Shown here one piece after another: positions 1-14,283 of a stretch of DNA of 64,000 nt. The position numbers and the translations under genes were made by a program. The notes below the pieces were generated by a model. It did no database searches and was not told the origin of the DNA. It saw only the letters and a list, made by a program, of their open reading frames with translations. Each line of letters opens with the position of its first letter. Within the stretch, counting starts at the first letter, position 1. The DNA comes from the human T2T-CHM13v2.0 reference genome, Homo sapiens. The stretch is from the NCBI RefSeq assembly GCF_009914755.1, contig NC_060936.1. One strand, given 5' to 3'.

Positions 1-705
1 CAAAAAAAATGGAGTTGCCATTGCCAGAGGTGGGAAGACTATGGAGGAACAGAATTCCTCAGTTTTCTCATATTGATGGCTTCTCTTGCAAGACTGGTAA
101 AAATGAAGGCAGTAGCAAGAAGAAGAGAAAGCCTGGTCTGGGAACAGGCCTGCTCAGAGACACCCAGTGCTGCCCCACTCATTGCTCCTTGACTTTCAAG
201 TGATTTCCCTGACACACAAACCCCTAACTTGGTAAGTCCATTTTGGCTGGTAGCTACTCCATCACTGTCAGTGGTTGAATAAGAACCCTCAAGTCTGGTT
301 TTATATTCAGTCTACATGGTTGTCCCTGAACGGGACCTTCCTGGGATAGGATCATGTCTGAGCGGGTGGGGAGCTCTTCTCTAGATGTTAACAAAATTAG
401 TAAGTTTAGATGCTAGAGCACTCCTGCAGAGCCCAAGTGTTCTATGCTCCTTTCCTGTGGCTAAAAATTTCAGCCCTCACATATCAAAAGACTGGGTTTT
501 CTCTTCTGTTACCATACACTTACTATAATGACTTTAGAACTAGACTTGAATAGAAATCTAGCAGTGTAATCCATTGCTTTACAAATTTCATGCTCAGCTG
601 TTGGTAAGATGCCTTATTTGTATATGAGGTTGCTCAAAGGTGATTTCTTTTTTTTTAACAGTGTGAGATGATGTTCATGCTTTTGTATTTCACTTTTATA
701 TCTAG

Positions 706-789
706 AAAATTCACCCAAACAAGAAGCTGGAATTAGTGAGGGTCAAGGAACAGCAGGGGAAGAAGAGGAGAAGAAAAAACAGAAGAGAG
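706..789 (+). CDS. DENR: DENR internal coding exon ((E)[27 protein letters not shown](G))
   Basis: Acceptor tctAG ends 705; donor GTAAGA at 790; 84 nt, phase 1-1. Peptide matches recalled human DENR and contains the SPK CDK-type motif. Upstream DENR exons lie outside the window. Confidence 0.95.
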
Positions 790-1269
790 GTAAGACCTAA
801 ATTCACATCTTGATTTGTACAGTCATACCGTCACTGCGATAGAAAATGTAAGTAATTAAAATGGTTCCCAAAGCTAGGCACAATGGTGGGCGCCTATAGT
901 CACAGCTTCTTAGGGGGCTGAGGCAGGAGGATCACTTAAGCCCAGGAGTTCAAGGCTGTAGTATGCAATGATCGTTCCTCCACATAGCCACTGCACTCTA
1001 TCCTGGGCAACATAGTGAGACCTCATCCCTTACAAAAAGGGGGAGGTTCCCAACATTAATACCATGTACCTGTTATTGTAATTCCCCATGTATATCATAC
1101 AAAGGGGCACATACTAATAGGATCATGGTTGGATGTGGTATGATTTGGGCTGTGTCAGTAAATTGGACCTAGGAAAACATGCTTATTTGCCCTGTTTGTA
1201 TGTAAAAAACAGCTAAAATTCCTGTGTCTTCTATTTAAGTAGAGTGAGGACATTTATATAAAAAATTTT

Positions 1270-2760
1270 ATCTTCTCATTACTTCTGATAGCTCAGTTGA
1301 AAACTTTGTTTTACGGCTGTTGCATACACTTGACTCCTTCTCAAACCAACTCCTGGTGCTGTGGATCCTGTACCCACCTGTTTCATTTTCATTCATTATT
1401 CTCCCCTATGACTAAAATTCACTTATAAATATTTTTAGGACTTTGCATCTTCAAAAAAAAAAAAAACTCTCCCCAAAGCTCATGTCTTTCTTTACCTTAT
1501 CCCTCTCCTTCCCTTAGCCAGATTTCTTTACTAAGGCCAGACTCACTATCCCCGCTTCTGTTCTGTGGTACACTGTTCACTCCTCAGTCCATCCTAACCT
1601 GACTTCCTGGCCACTGCAGCTCTTCCGATAAGGGTCAGCAGTGGCTTAGTTATTGCTAAATAATAAGCGCACATGCACTCCCTCTTTCCTGAAACATTGT
1701 CCCTCCTTGGTTTCTGTTCCTTCCTAGGTCTCCTATCACTCCTCCTTAGTCTTCTGTGCGGACTTCTGTTCCTTCTGCCCTTTAAAAGTTGGTATTTTCC
1801 AGGATTCTGTCCTAGGCCCACTTACTTCTCATTCTGCACGTTCTTGTTGGATGATTCTATCACATCCCTAACTTCTGCTGCCCAGTATGCACTTAAAATT
1901 CCCAAATCTGTATATCTGGATCTGGCCTGTGTCTCTAGCCTAGAAGTGTGCTTTATCCCAGAAGCACCTCAAACACTGCACTTTGGAAATTAAGCTTACT
2001 GAGTCTCGAGTCTCAAGTCCCAAACTGACTTCTTTTTCTCTATTTTGGTTAGTGACAACACTATTTATTCAGTCATGCAAACCAGAGCCCTGAGAACCAT
2101 CTTACATTCTCTTTCTCCCTTTACTCAGTTCTTGCTTCTGTTCTTTCTCCTCCCTCCTCTCCTGCCTGTGGCCTAGTGGCCATTACTGTTGGCACTGCTT
2201 TACTTTCAATTTTTTGCCTGAGCTAACGCAAGAGCCTCTGTAGGGGCCTTTCTATCAGTCTTACTCTTCACAGATCCACCGAAACACAGATCCAGTGACT
2301 GCTATGTATGTAATCTTTTGCTTTTCTGGCTCCATCTGCTACATATTCATAAGCATCCTTCAATCAAGACAAGTGAAGTTCCCAAATATAACGCCTTTTC
2401 TTATCTCTGTACTTGTTCCCTTTCCCTGGAATGTCCTTTCTTATGCCTCTCCAGCCTTTTTCCCTTTACCTGGACCTTTCCTTATTCTTCAAAACTCCAC
2501 CTAGATATTACTTCCTCTAGGAAACTTTCTGTGTCCTCTGGAAGCAGACTAAGTTGTTTCTCTGCAAAGCTATCATAAAGCCTTATTCATGATTCCTATT
2601 ATTGTATGTATCAGGTTGCTGTAACTTCTTTTTTTACTCCCTTCACTAGACTGAGTCTCTGGAGGGCAGGGGCTATGTTCTGTTCACTTTTGTATCCTCG
2701 GCTCTTAGCCCAGTGCTAGGCACATAGTAGGTACTTAATAAATGTTTATTGAATGAATAC
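1270..2760 (+). mobile_element. Degenerate LINE-2 3' portion
   Basis: Ends in the typical L2 3' terminus (cagtgctaggcacatagtaggtacttaataaatgtttattgaatgaat) with a pyrimidine-rich body upstream; 5' boundary approximate. Confidence 0.75.
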
Positions 2761-2889
2761 TTGGATGTGTTTAGTAATTTTTGTATTAGAGAAAAAGAAA
2801 CTTAAACCTTTTGAGAATTAATAAATTTAAAGACAGTATTCTCTTATGTCAAAAACAACTAAAGCTAAGCTCTTTCTTAATAAATAAAG

Positions 2890-3006
2890 GTGGAAGGGGT
2901 CAAATAAAACAAAAAAAGAAGACCGTACCACAAAAGGTTACTATAGCCAAAATTCCCAGAGCAAAGAAGAAATATGTGACAAGAGTATGTGGCCTTGCAA
3001 CTTTTG
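2890..3006 (+). CDS. DENR: DENR coding exon ([39 protein letters not shown]), start of SUI1/eIF1-like domain
   Basis: Acceptor aAG ends 2889; donor GTGAGT at 3007; 117 nt; frame continuous with both neighbours; visible inside ORF 2811..3032. Confidence 0.96.
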
Positions 3007-3500
3007 GTGAGTTCAGGCTTAAGTATATTTAAAATGTGTGAACTATTTTCTCTCTCTGTCTCCCTCTATCTCTCTGTCTCTCTCTCTCTCACATACCATG
3101 AAAACTTCACAGGTCTGTTTTTTGCTAAGAAGATAAATTTTGCATTTCTAACTATAGCTTCAAAATCAAATTTTAGAGAAATGTCAAAATCTTTTGTAGA
3201 GGGGACTTTTTACTTTCTGGAATTCCTGCTTGGGCACATTTTATGTGGGATGAGGACGGCTGGGTAGGATTCTCTTTGAAACCAGCCAATGCTGCTCCTC
3301 TGTCCTCTGCAGGCATGGTGGCAAAAGGTTGCAAAATGGCTCATCCCCTCTGGGAATGACAGGAGAGGTTGAGGAAGGTGGCAGAACATCCTTCTTTAGA
3401 GCCCCTTAGTTCCTGGAAGCCTTGAATGAGTAGTGAAACTGGGTGAAAATGTAAACTATGATGCCTCTATGAGACAACACAGATTGAAAAACAATCAATA

Positions 3501-3600
3501 GGCTGGTCTGAGTACAGTGGTGTTTACAGCTAAATGATCACAACCACTTACATATTTCTTTGTTCCTTCTTTACTCCCACTGCTTCACTTGACTAGCCTT
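3501..3600 (+). pseudogene. Y3 RNA (RNY3) retropseudogene in a DENR intron
   Basis: GGCTGGTCTGAGTACAGTGGTGTTTACA...CCCACTGCTTCACTTGACTAGCCTT aligns full length to recalled hY3 with about 8 substitutions; complementary termini; followed by an A-rich tail. Confidence 0.93.
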
Positions 3601-3615
3601 AAAAAAGAAAAAAGA

Positions 3616-3910
3616 GGCCAGGCGTGATGGCTCACACCTGTTATAATCCCAGCACTTTGGGAGGCTGACATGGGCGGATCACCTGAGGTAGGAGTTTGAG
3701 ACCAGCCTGGCCAACATGGTGAAACCCCATCTCTACTAAAAATACAAAAATGAGCCAGACACGGTGGCACATGCCTGTAATCCCAGCTGTTCAGGAGGCT
3801 GAGTCAGGAGAATCGCTTGAATCTGGGAGACGGAGGTTGCAGTGAGCCAAGATCGAGCCACTGCACTCCAGTCTGGGCAACAGAGCAAGACTCCGTCTCA
3901 AAAAAAAAAA
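3616..3910 (+). mobile_element. AluS inserted in the A-tail of the Y3 pseudogene
   Basis: Dimeric Alu (GGCCAGGCG...CTCCGTCTC + polyA). Confidence 0.9.
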
Positions 3911-4183
3911 TGAATAAAGTGTCCCTGGATTTATTTTGGTCTTAATATGAGTAAGGGGTAGTATAGATGATTCTGTTTTTATGTATTGAGCCTTTATTTG
4001 ACCTTGAAAGTGTAAATTGCATTGTTAAGATCTCTGTGGTAGTTTGTATTGTTCTGAAAGGAATATAAAACCCATTAACAATCTGTTTTATGATTTTAAA
4101 ATGCAGATTAAATTTCAAAATGGAAAAACATCTTTGCACAATTCCAATTACAGTTCTTGCTCTTTCTTTTTTTAAAAAAATAG

Positions 4184-4323
4184 AAATTGATCTTAAAGAA
4201 GCACAAAGATTTTTTGCTCAAAAATTCTCCTGTGGTGCCTCAGTAACAGGGGAGGATGAAATTATCATTCAGGGAGATTTTACAGATGACATAATTGATG
4301 TCATTCAGGAAAAATGGCCAGAG
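4184..4323 (+). CDS. DENR: DENR coding exon ([47 protein letters not shown]), SUI1 domain
   Basis: Acceptor tAG ends 4183; donor GTGAGT at 4324; 140 nt; SUI1-like FSCGASV...IIIQGD motif. Confidence 0.97.
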
Positions 4324-4435
4324 GTGAGTGCATGGAACACATACATCGCTAGAGATAAGTTTTTAAAGCAAATTGCTTCCATTTTTTCTTAATTGCAACC
4401 ACAACTCATGAGATATAATTATTTGTGTTTTATAG

Positions 4436-4480
4436 GTAGATGATGACAGCATCGAAGATCTTGGAGAAGTAAAGAAGTGA
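4436..4480 (+). CDS. DENR: DENR terminal coding segment ([14 protein letters not shown])
   Basis: Acceptor ttttatAG ends 4435 after a 112-nt intron; TGA at 4478-4480. Confidence 0.96.
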   Translation, partial: VDDDSIEDLGEVKK

Positions 4481-4552
4481 ATTTGAAAATTTGTCTGTAT
4501 TTAATGGCCTGAACTGAGAGTTGATATGGCCAAAGGGAGAGAGGCCTTTTAA

Positions 4553-4737
4553 AATATATATATATATACACATATATATGTATATATACACATATATGTA
4601 TGTATACACATATACACATGTATATATACATGTGTGTATGTATACATGTATATACATATATACATACACATATATGTATACATATATACACATATATGTA
4701 TACATATATACACATATATGTATACATATATATATAT
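4553..4737 (+). repeat. Compound (TA/CA/TG)n repeat with a 22-bp higher-order unit in the DENR 3'UTR
   Basis: Alternating purine-pyrimidine tract; CATATATGTATACATATATACA repeated about 3 times from 4669. Confidence 0.95.
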
Positions 4738-4854
4738 TCTACAGTAAAACTGTAGACTGTCCTCGTCCTTGGCATTTTCACTGTTCTGTACAAGGCTGCT
4801 TGTTTTTTTATTGCCAAAGTCAAATAAACGGGAGACTGTCATGCTCATGCATGA

Positions 4855-5210
<356 letters not shown>

Positions 5211-6523
5211 TGAGTTTCTCTTTCTCTCTTTTTAACTTTATTTTTTGAAAAACCCGGTAGACTTTGTGGGGAGCATTTTTGTTGATAATTTTACTGATCT
5301 AAAGCTGAGTGATTTTTTAAAAGAATTTGAATTTGGCTTCCTCACCAGTAATATGTCTCCTTGCTTCTTTGATGTGATAGTTTTGAGATGGGTGAGAATC
5401 TAATAGATCTGTGGTTGAATTTGCTGTGTTGTTATGAAGTCCACCCTGTGGGCACAATAACATAACTGTTGGTAGGAGTTGTTTGAGCTATTCTGGAGAT
5501 TATTTGGTAAAGTATACTAAAAGCCTTAAAACCATGTATGTGCGCTGTTTGAACCAGTAAGCCACTTCTTTGACATTAGAAGACATTAGAAGAAATAATC
5601 AGCCTTGCATAAAACTTATGGATGAAAGTATTCATCACAATATTATTTATAATAAAAAATTGCAAATGTTATAAATGAACAATTGGGAAATGGTTAAAGA
5701 AGTGATGGTGCATTGTGTGGTAGAATATTATGCATATGTTTAAAGAATCATATTTTCTAAGATTATTTGGAAGCATGTTTGGTAATGTCAAGTGGAGTAC
5801 CCCAGATACATTTTAGACATTTATCGTCATCATCTGCTCTGAGTGGAAGGCCGTTCAGAGAGGCTAGAGGTTCTTATTCTGGCTATAAATTATGTGAGTA
5901 AAATTGTGCTAACCAGTTAAAAGTACTGTACACCCATGCTCAATATATAGTCCTGGAAATAGCAATTGAAACATGTCTTCTCACAAGAGAAAATGACAGT
6001 TTTAATGATGTATTTGATGAATTTAAACTTTAAGTCAGGTGCTGCAAATTGGAAAGAAGACTTGTGGTGTTTTAAGTTGCTGTGGACACTTTTAAGAAAC
6101 TTAGAACCCATGGAACCCTTGTTTATCGCCATGCAAATTACAATCTTGAATGAGTGTTTTTTAAAAATAAAGTATTAGAAAAATGTGTAGTAAAGATGTA
6201 AAATTAAAAAATGGAATTCTCCATTAACTGTGGATTTTACTAAATAGAATTACTGGTGAAGCAGATTTATCCATCGAGACTATCTGGTATGCGTTATGTA
6301 TGTAGTCTGTTGCTGCTGAAAGATGTCTGTGTGCCTGTATCAACATGTGACTTCATGTAAAGTTTCTTTGTGTTCACAGTTCTTAGCAAATGCAGTTACA
6401 ATCCATAGATAGCCAGCAGTGGATGTTACTCCAGGAAAATGCAGGATTAAAATTGTCCTTGTGTATAACGTGTGAATCATTTTTTTAAACTGAAATTTAA
6501 AATGCAACATAGTTTAATCTCTG

Positions 6524-6529
6524 ATTAAA
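6524..6529 (+). terminator. Candidate distal DENR polyadenylation signal (ATTAAA)
   Basis: Last hexamer in unique sequence before an Alu begins at ~6542; AATAAA at 6166 is an alternative. Confidence 0.5.
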
Positions 6530-6541
6530 ATGTACTAATAG

Positions 6542-6839
<298 letters not shown>

Positions 6840-7633
6840 TCAAAAATTGACTTTACACATTCTCACAGTCTACCATTTTTAGTAAAAAACATGAACCTTT
6901 AAGCAGCCTTATAAGAGATTTTCCATGATTAAGCTGGCAACTTTTAATGCAAATACTTTTTGCATATAGTTTGGTAAGTATTTCATTTTTTAAAAACAGA
7001 TGCTGACAGTAAGTGATTTTAAACTTTTTATTACTACATAAAAGCCAGTCTGTGGTAGCTTTCTCACTCTTAGTTTAAAAGTTGATAAATTACTGTTTTA
7101 AAGATGAATTTTACCTTTTAGTTCCCTGTTCTCATTATTTACTAAATTCCTTTACCTAGGAAATCAAATAGGGAGACTGGGAAAAGTTCATTCAGAACTT
7201 CAGTTTGGATTAGACTGTGTGAGTATAAAATCAGATGCAGTGTAATTCTTGTAGCTTTCACCTCTGTCATATTTTTAAAGTTATGTATTCTCTTTAATTT
7301 TTTTTGTTGTTGTTGTTTTAATGAAAACCTGTGGGGAGCGAAGGTAAAAACTTGAGATTTTTAATTTGTACCTTGCCATCATAATCCTCTTACTATACTC
7401 AGTTACTATTTATGAACCATAATCAAAATGAGCCTAATTTCTTACTATTCTAGATACACACAATTTTATTCATTTTTGAGACAGAGTCTCGCTCTGTTGC
7501 CCAGGCTGGAACGCAGTGGCATGATCACAGCTCACTGCAGCCTTGATCTCCCAGCCTCAAGTGATCCTCCCACTTCAGCTTCTGGAGTGGCTGAGACCAC
7601 AGGCACATGCCACCATACCCAGCTAATTTTTAA

Positions 7634-7828
<195 letters not shown>

Positions 7829-10018
7829 TAGAAAAATATCAAGTCTTAACAATGGTGAAACCTAAGAAACGTGAATTAAAACACTCCTCACTTCAAAAAT
7901 TGACATTCAACCCACATTCCTTTACATCTCATCACCACCAACTTACTGCAGTCATCTACTGCTAGACTGTTTTTAGCAAATACCCACCCAGAATTTGCTT
8001 TGTTGATTTATTTATTTATTTTTATTTTTTTGCATTTCTGTAATGATCAGGGAAGTAGACCACCTTTTTGTATTTATTGGCTATTTGGTTTTGGGTTTTG
8101 GTGGTAGTGGTGGTTGGTGTTTTTTTGTTTTTTTTTTTTTTTGATACGGAGTGTCCCTCTATTGCCTAGGCTGGAGTGAGGTGGCGCAGTCTTGGCTCAC
8201 TGTAACCTCCGTCTCCTGCATTCAAGCGATTCTCCTGCCTCAGCCTTCCGAGTAGCTGGGACTATGGGTGCGCACCACCACACGTGGCTAGTTTTTGTTT
8301 GTTTGTTTGTTTGTTTGATTTTTAGTAGAGACAGGGTTTCGTTGTATTGGCTAGGCTGGTCTCAAACTTCTAATCTCATGATCCATCCTCCTCGGCCTCT
8401 CAAAGTGCTGGGATTACAGGCGTGAGCCACCACGTCTGGCCTGATTTTTGTTTTTTTGAGTCAAGGTCTCACTCTCGATCGGACTGGAATGCAGTGGCAT
8501 GATCACAGCTCATTGGAGCCGCCATCTCCCAGCTCAAGTCAGCCTCGTGAGTAGCTGAGACCACAGGAGTGCACCACCACGCCCAGTTTAAAAAAAAATT
8601 TATTTTTTGGCCAGGTGCGGTAGCTCACACCTGTAATCCCAGCACTTTGGGAGGCTGAAGTGGGTGGGTCAACTGAGGTCAGGAGTTCGCGACCAGCCTG
8701 GCCAAGGTAGTGAAACCCATCTCTACTAAAAATACAACAAAGGTGGCGTGGTGGCGGGCACCTGTAATCCCAGCTACTCGGGAGGCTGAGGCAGGAGATT
8801 TGCTTGAGGCCAGAGGCAGAGTTTGCAGTGAGCCGAGATTGTGCCATTGCACTCCAGCTCAGGCAACAAGAGCCAGACTCCATCTCAAAAAAAAAAAAAA
8901 AAAAAAAGTTTTTTAGAGGTGGGTGTCACCATGTTGCTCAGGCTGGTCTCAAACTCCTGAACGCAACAGATCCTCCTACATTGGCCTCCCAAAGTGCTGG
9001 GGTTACAGGCCACTGCGCCCAGCTTTCTTGATTTTAAATTCTAAGACATTGCTTTGGTCTCCCAAACATGAGCCTATCAGTAAAGCTTCAAAATAAGAAA
9101 TCTTAATTTTGTTTTTCCATTTTCAGATTGTATTTTTTGAACACAAGGGCATGTTTTGGCATTTCATATTCAACCAAAAAGTAAAGTTGAAACCCTGTAA
9201 GACCGACCGTATTTAGTAATTGTGTTGCTGTCTGATGGGTTAAGCATTCAGGGATGGGCAGCCGGGGCTGAAGTGTGATAAGCCTTATTTTTTCCTAGTC
9301 CCGTTCCCACATCTTAGGAAGAGTGAAAGGGGGATGAAGAGGTGACTATGGAAGAACAGGTGAAAAAGCTTAGATTCAACCCAGAATATCGTAGATTTTG
9401 TCATGACAAAGTACCGTGGTTCTCCTCATTGCTTTTCAGGAGCCCCCAAGAGTAAATTTCCCCCTCTTCATCTGTGATTCTTGGTTTAAAGTATCAAAGG
9501 TGCTAGGGTAGCCCGCAACTGTTATCCCCGAGGGCTGGGCTCTGCCTCCACGCATTCGAGTGTCAGGTCCTGTTCTGGGAGCCAGCTACACAGGAGCGAG
9601 CACGGCCGAGCTCACGGTTATTAGGGGGAAGATGGAAGATAGGGAAGTGAGCAACTCAAATGTCATAAACCAGAGTGCTGGGGGCGGCGCAGCAGCCTTT
9701 ATTGACTTCTTCATTCTCTGGGTAGTGGTGAACAGCCGGTTCTTTCAGGCCTTCCAGCGCCGGAGCCTCGGGCGTGGGCAAAAAGCGTCCATACGCAGCC
9801 TGAGCCACTTGGGAGCCCCCAGTTTCCGAGGCAGAAGAACAGTGCCCACCAGCGCAGCGGGGCTGCGGCCCGGAAACCCTGGCGGGGAGCCCCGAGCCCC
9901 GGCGGGCGCACGCCGCGTGGGCACCAGGCAGGCGGTTGGAGTACGGGGCGGGGGTCGGCCGAGGGCGCGGGGCCCCGGGGCTCCGGGCTCGCCCCCGCCG
10001 CTCGGGGCAGGCGCGCCG

Positions 10019-10036
10019 ATGGCGTTTCTGAGGTGA
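10019..10036 (+). other. Upstream ORF MAFLR* in the CCDC62 5' leader
   Basis: ATG GCG TTT CTG AGG TGA; the only ATG between ~9780 and the main ATG; requires a TSS upstream of 10019. Confidence 0.55.
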
Positions 10037-10078
10037 CGCCGCCCACACCGGGCTTCTCCGGGGGCGGAGGAAACACCT

Positions 10079-10114
10079 ATGAACCCTCCGGCAGCCTTCC
10101 TTGCCGGGCGCCAG
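10079..10114 (+). CDS. CCDC62: CCDC62 exon 1 coding part (MNPPAAFLAGRQ)
   Basis: ATG at 10079; CAG|GTAAGC donor at 10115; phase-0 join to exon 2. Confidence 0.93.
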
Positions 10115-10215
10115 GTAAGCAGCGGTTCCGGGCGCGGCGGGGCGCCGCGGGAACGGTGCACATTGGTCGAAATCTATTGCTTCTCAAGAACGGTGTCTAC
10201 TTAAAATGTGAAACA

Positions 10216-10591
<376 letters not shown>

Positions 10592-11509
10592 TCAGCCCGG
10601 GCCACAGAGTAGCGCGTACCCGGTGCTTACTGTTTAAGGAGGACGATTGGCGTCTGGGGAGCTGCTTTCCCATTTACCTCTCAGGGTGTCCTTAATTTAC
10701 ACAACCTGGCGAGTAGAGGAAGGAGCTCTCACAACTCCACTGTACCAAAAAGTCTGGAAGTGGGCTTGCCCAAGGTTCGCGTCCATCAGTGTAAGACGAC
10801 CTGCCTTTGTGTACTCGGCTTACTGCCTGTTTTCCTGGAGTGGAATATGTGCTCCTTGCCTGGAGGTCTGTGGCCCAGCCACTGGCGCTCAATAAATTAT
10901 TTGTTGAGTGCATGAATGAAGGGCTAACCCAACACTGGAATTCAAGCCTTGGGACTTGAAATCCCTTGACTCCAAATTCCATTTTCCTTGTTAAGACTAG
11001 CAACTGTAATTTATTCATCATTCTTATTTATTTATTTTTGAGACAGGGTCTGGCTCTGTCCCCAGGGCTGGAGTACAGTGACGCAATGTCGGCTTACTGC
11101 AGCCTCTGCTTCCCGAGTTCAAGCAATCCTCCCGCCTCAGCCTCCCGAATAGCTGGGACTACAGGCTCCCACCACCATGCCGAGCTAATTTTTGTGTTTT
11201 TAGTAGAGACAGGGTTTCGCCATGTTGGCCAGGCTGGTCTCGAACTCCCGACCTCAGGTGATCTGCCCACCTCGGCCTTCCAAAGTGCTGGGATTACAGG
11301 CGTGAGCCACTGAGCCCAACCTCATTATTCTTGTTTATTTACAAATCTTACTTTTCAAAAAGCAGTAAGGAGGTACAAAGGGCCTCTGTTGAACCTTTAA
11401 TTACTGTCTTTAAGGTGGAACTCTATTAAAGTAACACTTTTAGTTGTTTATTTCATAGGCAGGGACAGCACCATGATTTGAAATGTGGTTTACAGTGTTA
11501 ATGAGAGCT

Positions 11510-11715
11510 GATGTTTGTTGAGTGATTACAACGGGCCAGGCTTTGTGCTCAGTACTTTACAGAGTTTGTCTTGTTTAATCTTCACCACTCCAAGATGTTA
11601 AAATGCAGTTGCTATCGTTTTACAGGTGAGGAAACTAATGCTTAGAGAAGTTAAGTAACTTGCCCAAGGTTATGTAGCCACTAAGTGGCTAATTCTGGGA
11701 TCACAATTTGGTCAG
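11510..11715 (-). mobile_element. MIR
   Basis: MIR core ttttacaggtgaggaaact...agagaagttaagtaacttgcccaagg. Confidence 0.85.
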
Positions 11716-12194
11716 GCCAACTTGTTAGATTTTAAAATGCTGTATACTTCAAAGAAATTATTGTATTAATAGATAATATTGTTAGATATAAAAATGGCAT
11801 CATGGTTATATAGGAAATGTTCATTTTTAGAGATGCATTCTGAAGTATGTAAGGGTGAAATGGTATTTTTTAACCAATAATGAAAAGAAAAGGACATTGA
11901 AGCAGCCGCAGTGAAATCTCAATAATGGTAGAACCCAGGCACAGAGTATATGGGAGTTTATCGTACTATTGTCTTTGGGTACATGTGAAAGATTTCCTTA
12001 CATAATTTATTTTTTAATGATGTATGTTGTATTTGGATCAGTTACAATATTAAATTGCCCTTAATAGATTGAGTATGTATAGATGCCTTAGATGTTGTAG
12101 TTGTCATGCATATTGAACACTGGAAGACTTAATTTTCTTTTTATAGACTAAAATTCCCATTGTTTAGTAAGGATCATTTACATTTAAACAGTAA

Positions 12195-12554
<360 letters not shown>

Positions 12555-12900
12555 TAGGGGATAATGTTATTGACTGGCAGAGAAAAGGGTTGTTGGCAAA
12601 GGGGGAGAAAAAGTGCAGAAATAGGTTTATTTGTTTACCCAGTGGGTTTTAGAAACAGTCCCACTTTTTAGGCATGGTACGTATGGCATGACAGAAAATT
12701 GTAGAGAGGCAGAGTGCATGGTAGATTTTAACTTGAACATGTTTTAAGTATACATAATCTTTTGCTGCCATGTTATTAAAACTTAATTGAACTACTTAGA
12801 ATTGGCCGCAAAAGAAGATATACTTATTTGGAAAATGGACTTTGGCTGATTTGTTATTGATTTCATTCTATTTTGATGTGAAACCGCTTTCTATGTTTAG

Positions 12901-13093
12901 AACATCGGGTCAGAAGTTGAGATTTCCACTATCGAGAAACAACGGAAGGAGCTGCAGTTGCTCATTGGAGAATTAAAAGATCGAGATAAAGAGCTCAATG
13001 ACATGGTTGCAGTGCACCAGCAACAGCTTCTTTCATGGGAAGAGGATCGGCAGAAAGTGTTGACACTGGAAGAACGTTGCAGCAAATTAGAAG
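12901..13093 (+). CDS. CCDC62: CCDC62 exon 2 (NIGSEVEISTIEKQRKELQLLIGELKDRDKELNDM...CSKLE), coiled coil
   Basis: Acceptor tttAG ends 12900; donor GTCAGA at 13094; 193 nt, phase 0-1; heptad-like pattern. Confidence 0.95.
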
Positions 13094-13543
13094 GTCAGAA
13101 ATACATTCAGGGACAACAGTTATGCACTTCTGTGTGCTAACACATTGATGGGCTCATAGGGAAGATAGAGAGGAAGTAAAGACTGCAATCCCTGTTGTCC
13201 TCAAGTTTAGGCTCATTGGAGACAGGAGGACTTTATGAACAGCCACAATGGGACAGACACACACAAATAAAGTAGGACAAGCAAAGTATTTCAGTATAGA
13301 AAGGGGGCTGGATGGAGCTCCAGTCAACATGGGGTGAGCGCCAGTGGTGAAGTTGAAGTTTTGAGCAAGAGTATGAATGAAGATGCCATATGACTAGCCA
13401 TTTCTCTTAAACTAAACTGAAAGATTTTAGGCTTTTGGTATTGAACTTGATCTTAAGTTCCTAAAATGGTCATCTTTTAAAGTTATAGCTGTCCGGCCAG
13501 GCACAGTGGCTCACACCTGTAATTCCAGCACTTTGGCGGATCA

Positions 13544-13829
<286 letters not shown>

Positions 13830-13952
13830 TTAATTCTGTCATTCCTTTAGTGCTGCCCTAAATCTGAATGTTCCATTGACTCTAGATTGTTAGTAGAATG
13901 CATTAGAGGAGAAAACACTAGATCTGTATAATAGAAAGATAACCTTTTTTTA

Positions 13953-14066
<114 letters not shown>

Positions 14067-14181
14067 TCACTTGAGGTCAGGAGTTCAATACCAGCCCAGC
14101 CAACATGGTGTACCTCGTCTCTACTAGAAATACAAAAATTAGCGGGGCATGGTGGTGGGCGCCTGTAGTCCCAGCTACTCA

Positions 14182-14283
<102 letters not shown>

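Larger units (their letters stand above)
9750..10200 (+). promoter_or_regulatory. CCDC62: CpG-island promoter / first-exon region of CCDC62
   Basis: Very GC- and CpG-rich non-repeat segment; GC boxes GGGGCGGGG (~9945) and GGGGCGGAG (10061); no TATA box seen; precedes ATG 10079 and donor GTAAGC. Confidence 0.88.

Noticed and set aside
232-237. Strong donor-like GTAAGT in a DENR intron
   Set aside because: No convincing paired acceptor or frame, so it cannot be told from a decoy site.
5572-5591. GACATTAGAA x2 in the DENR 3'UTR
   Set aside because: An ordinary 10-bp slippage duplication with no further structure.
9509-9520. RFX X-box-like GTAGCCCGCAAC upstream of the CCDC62 promoter
   Set aside because: Spacing and the 5' half-site deviate from consensus; too weak to call.
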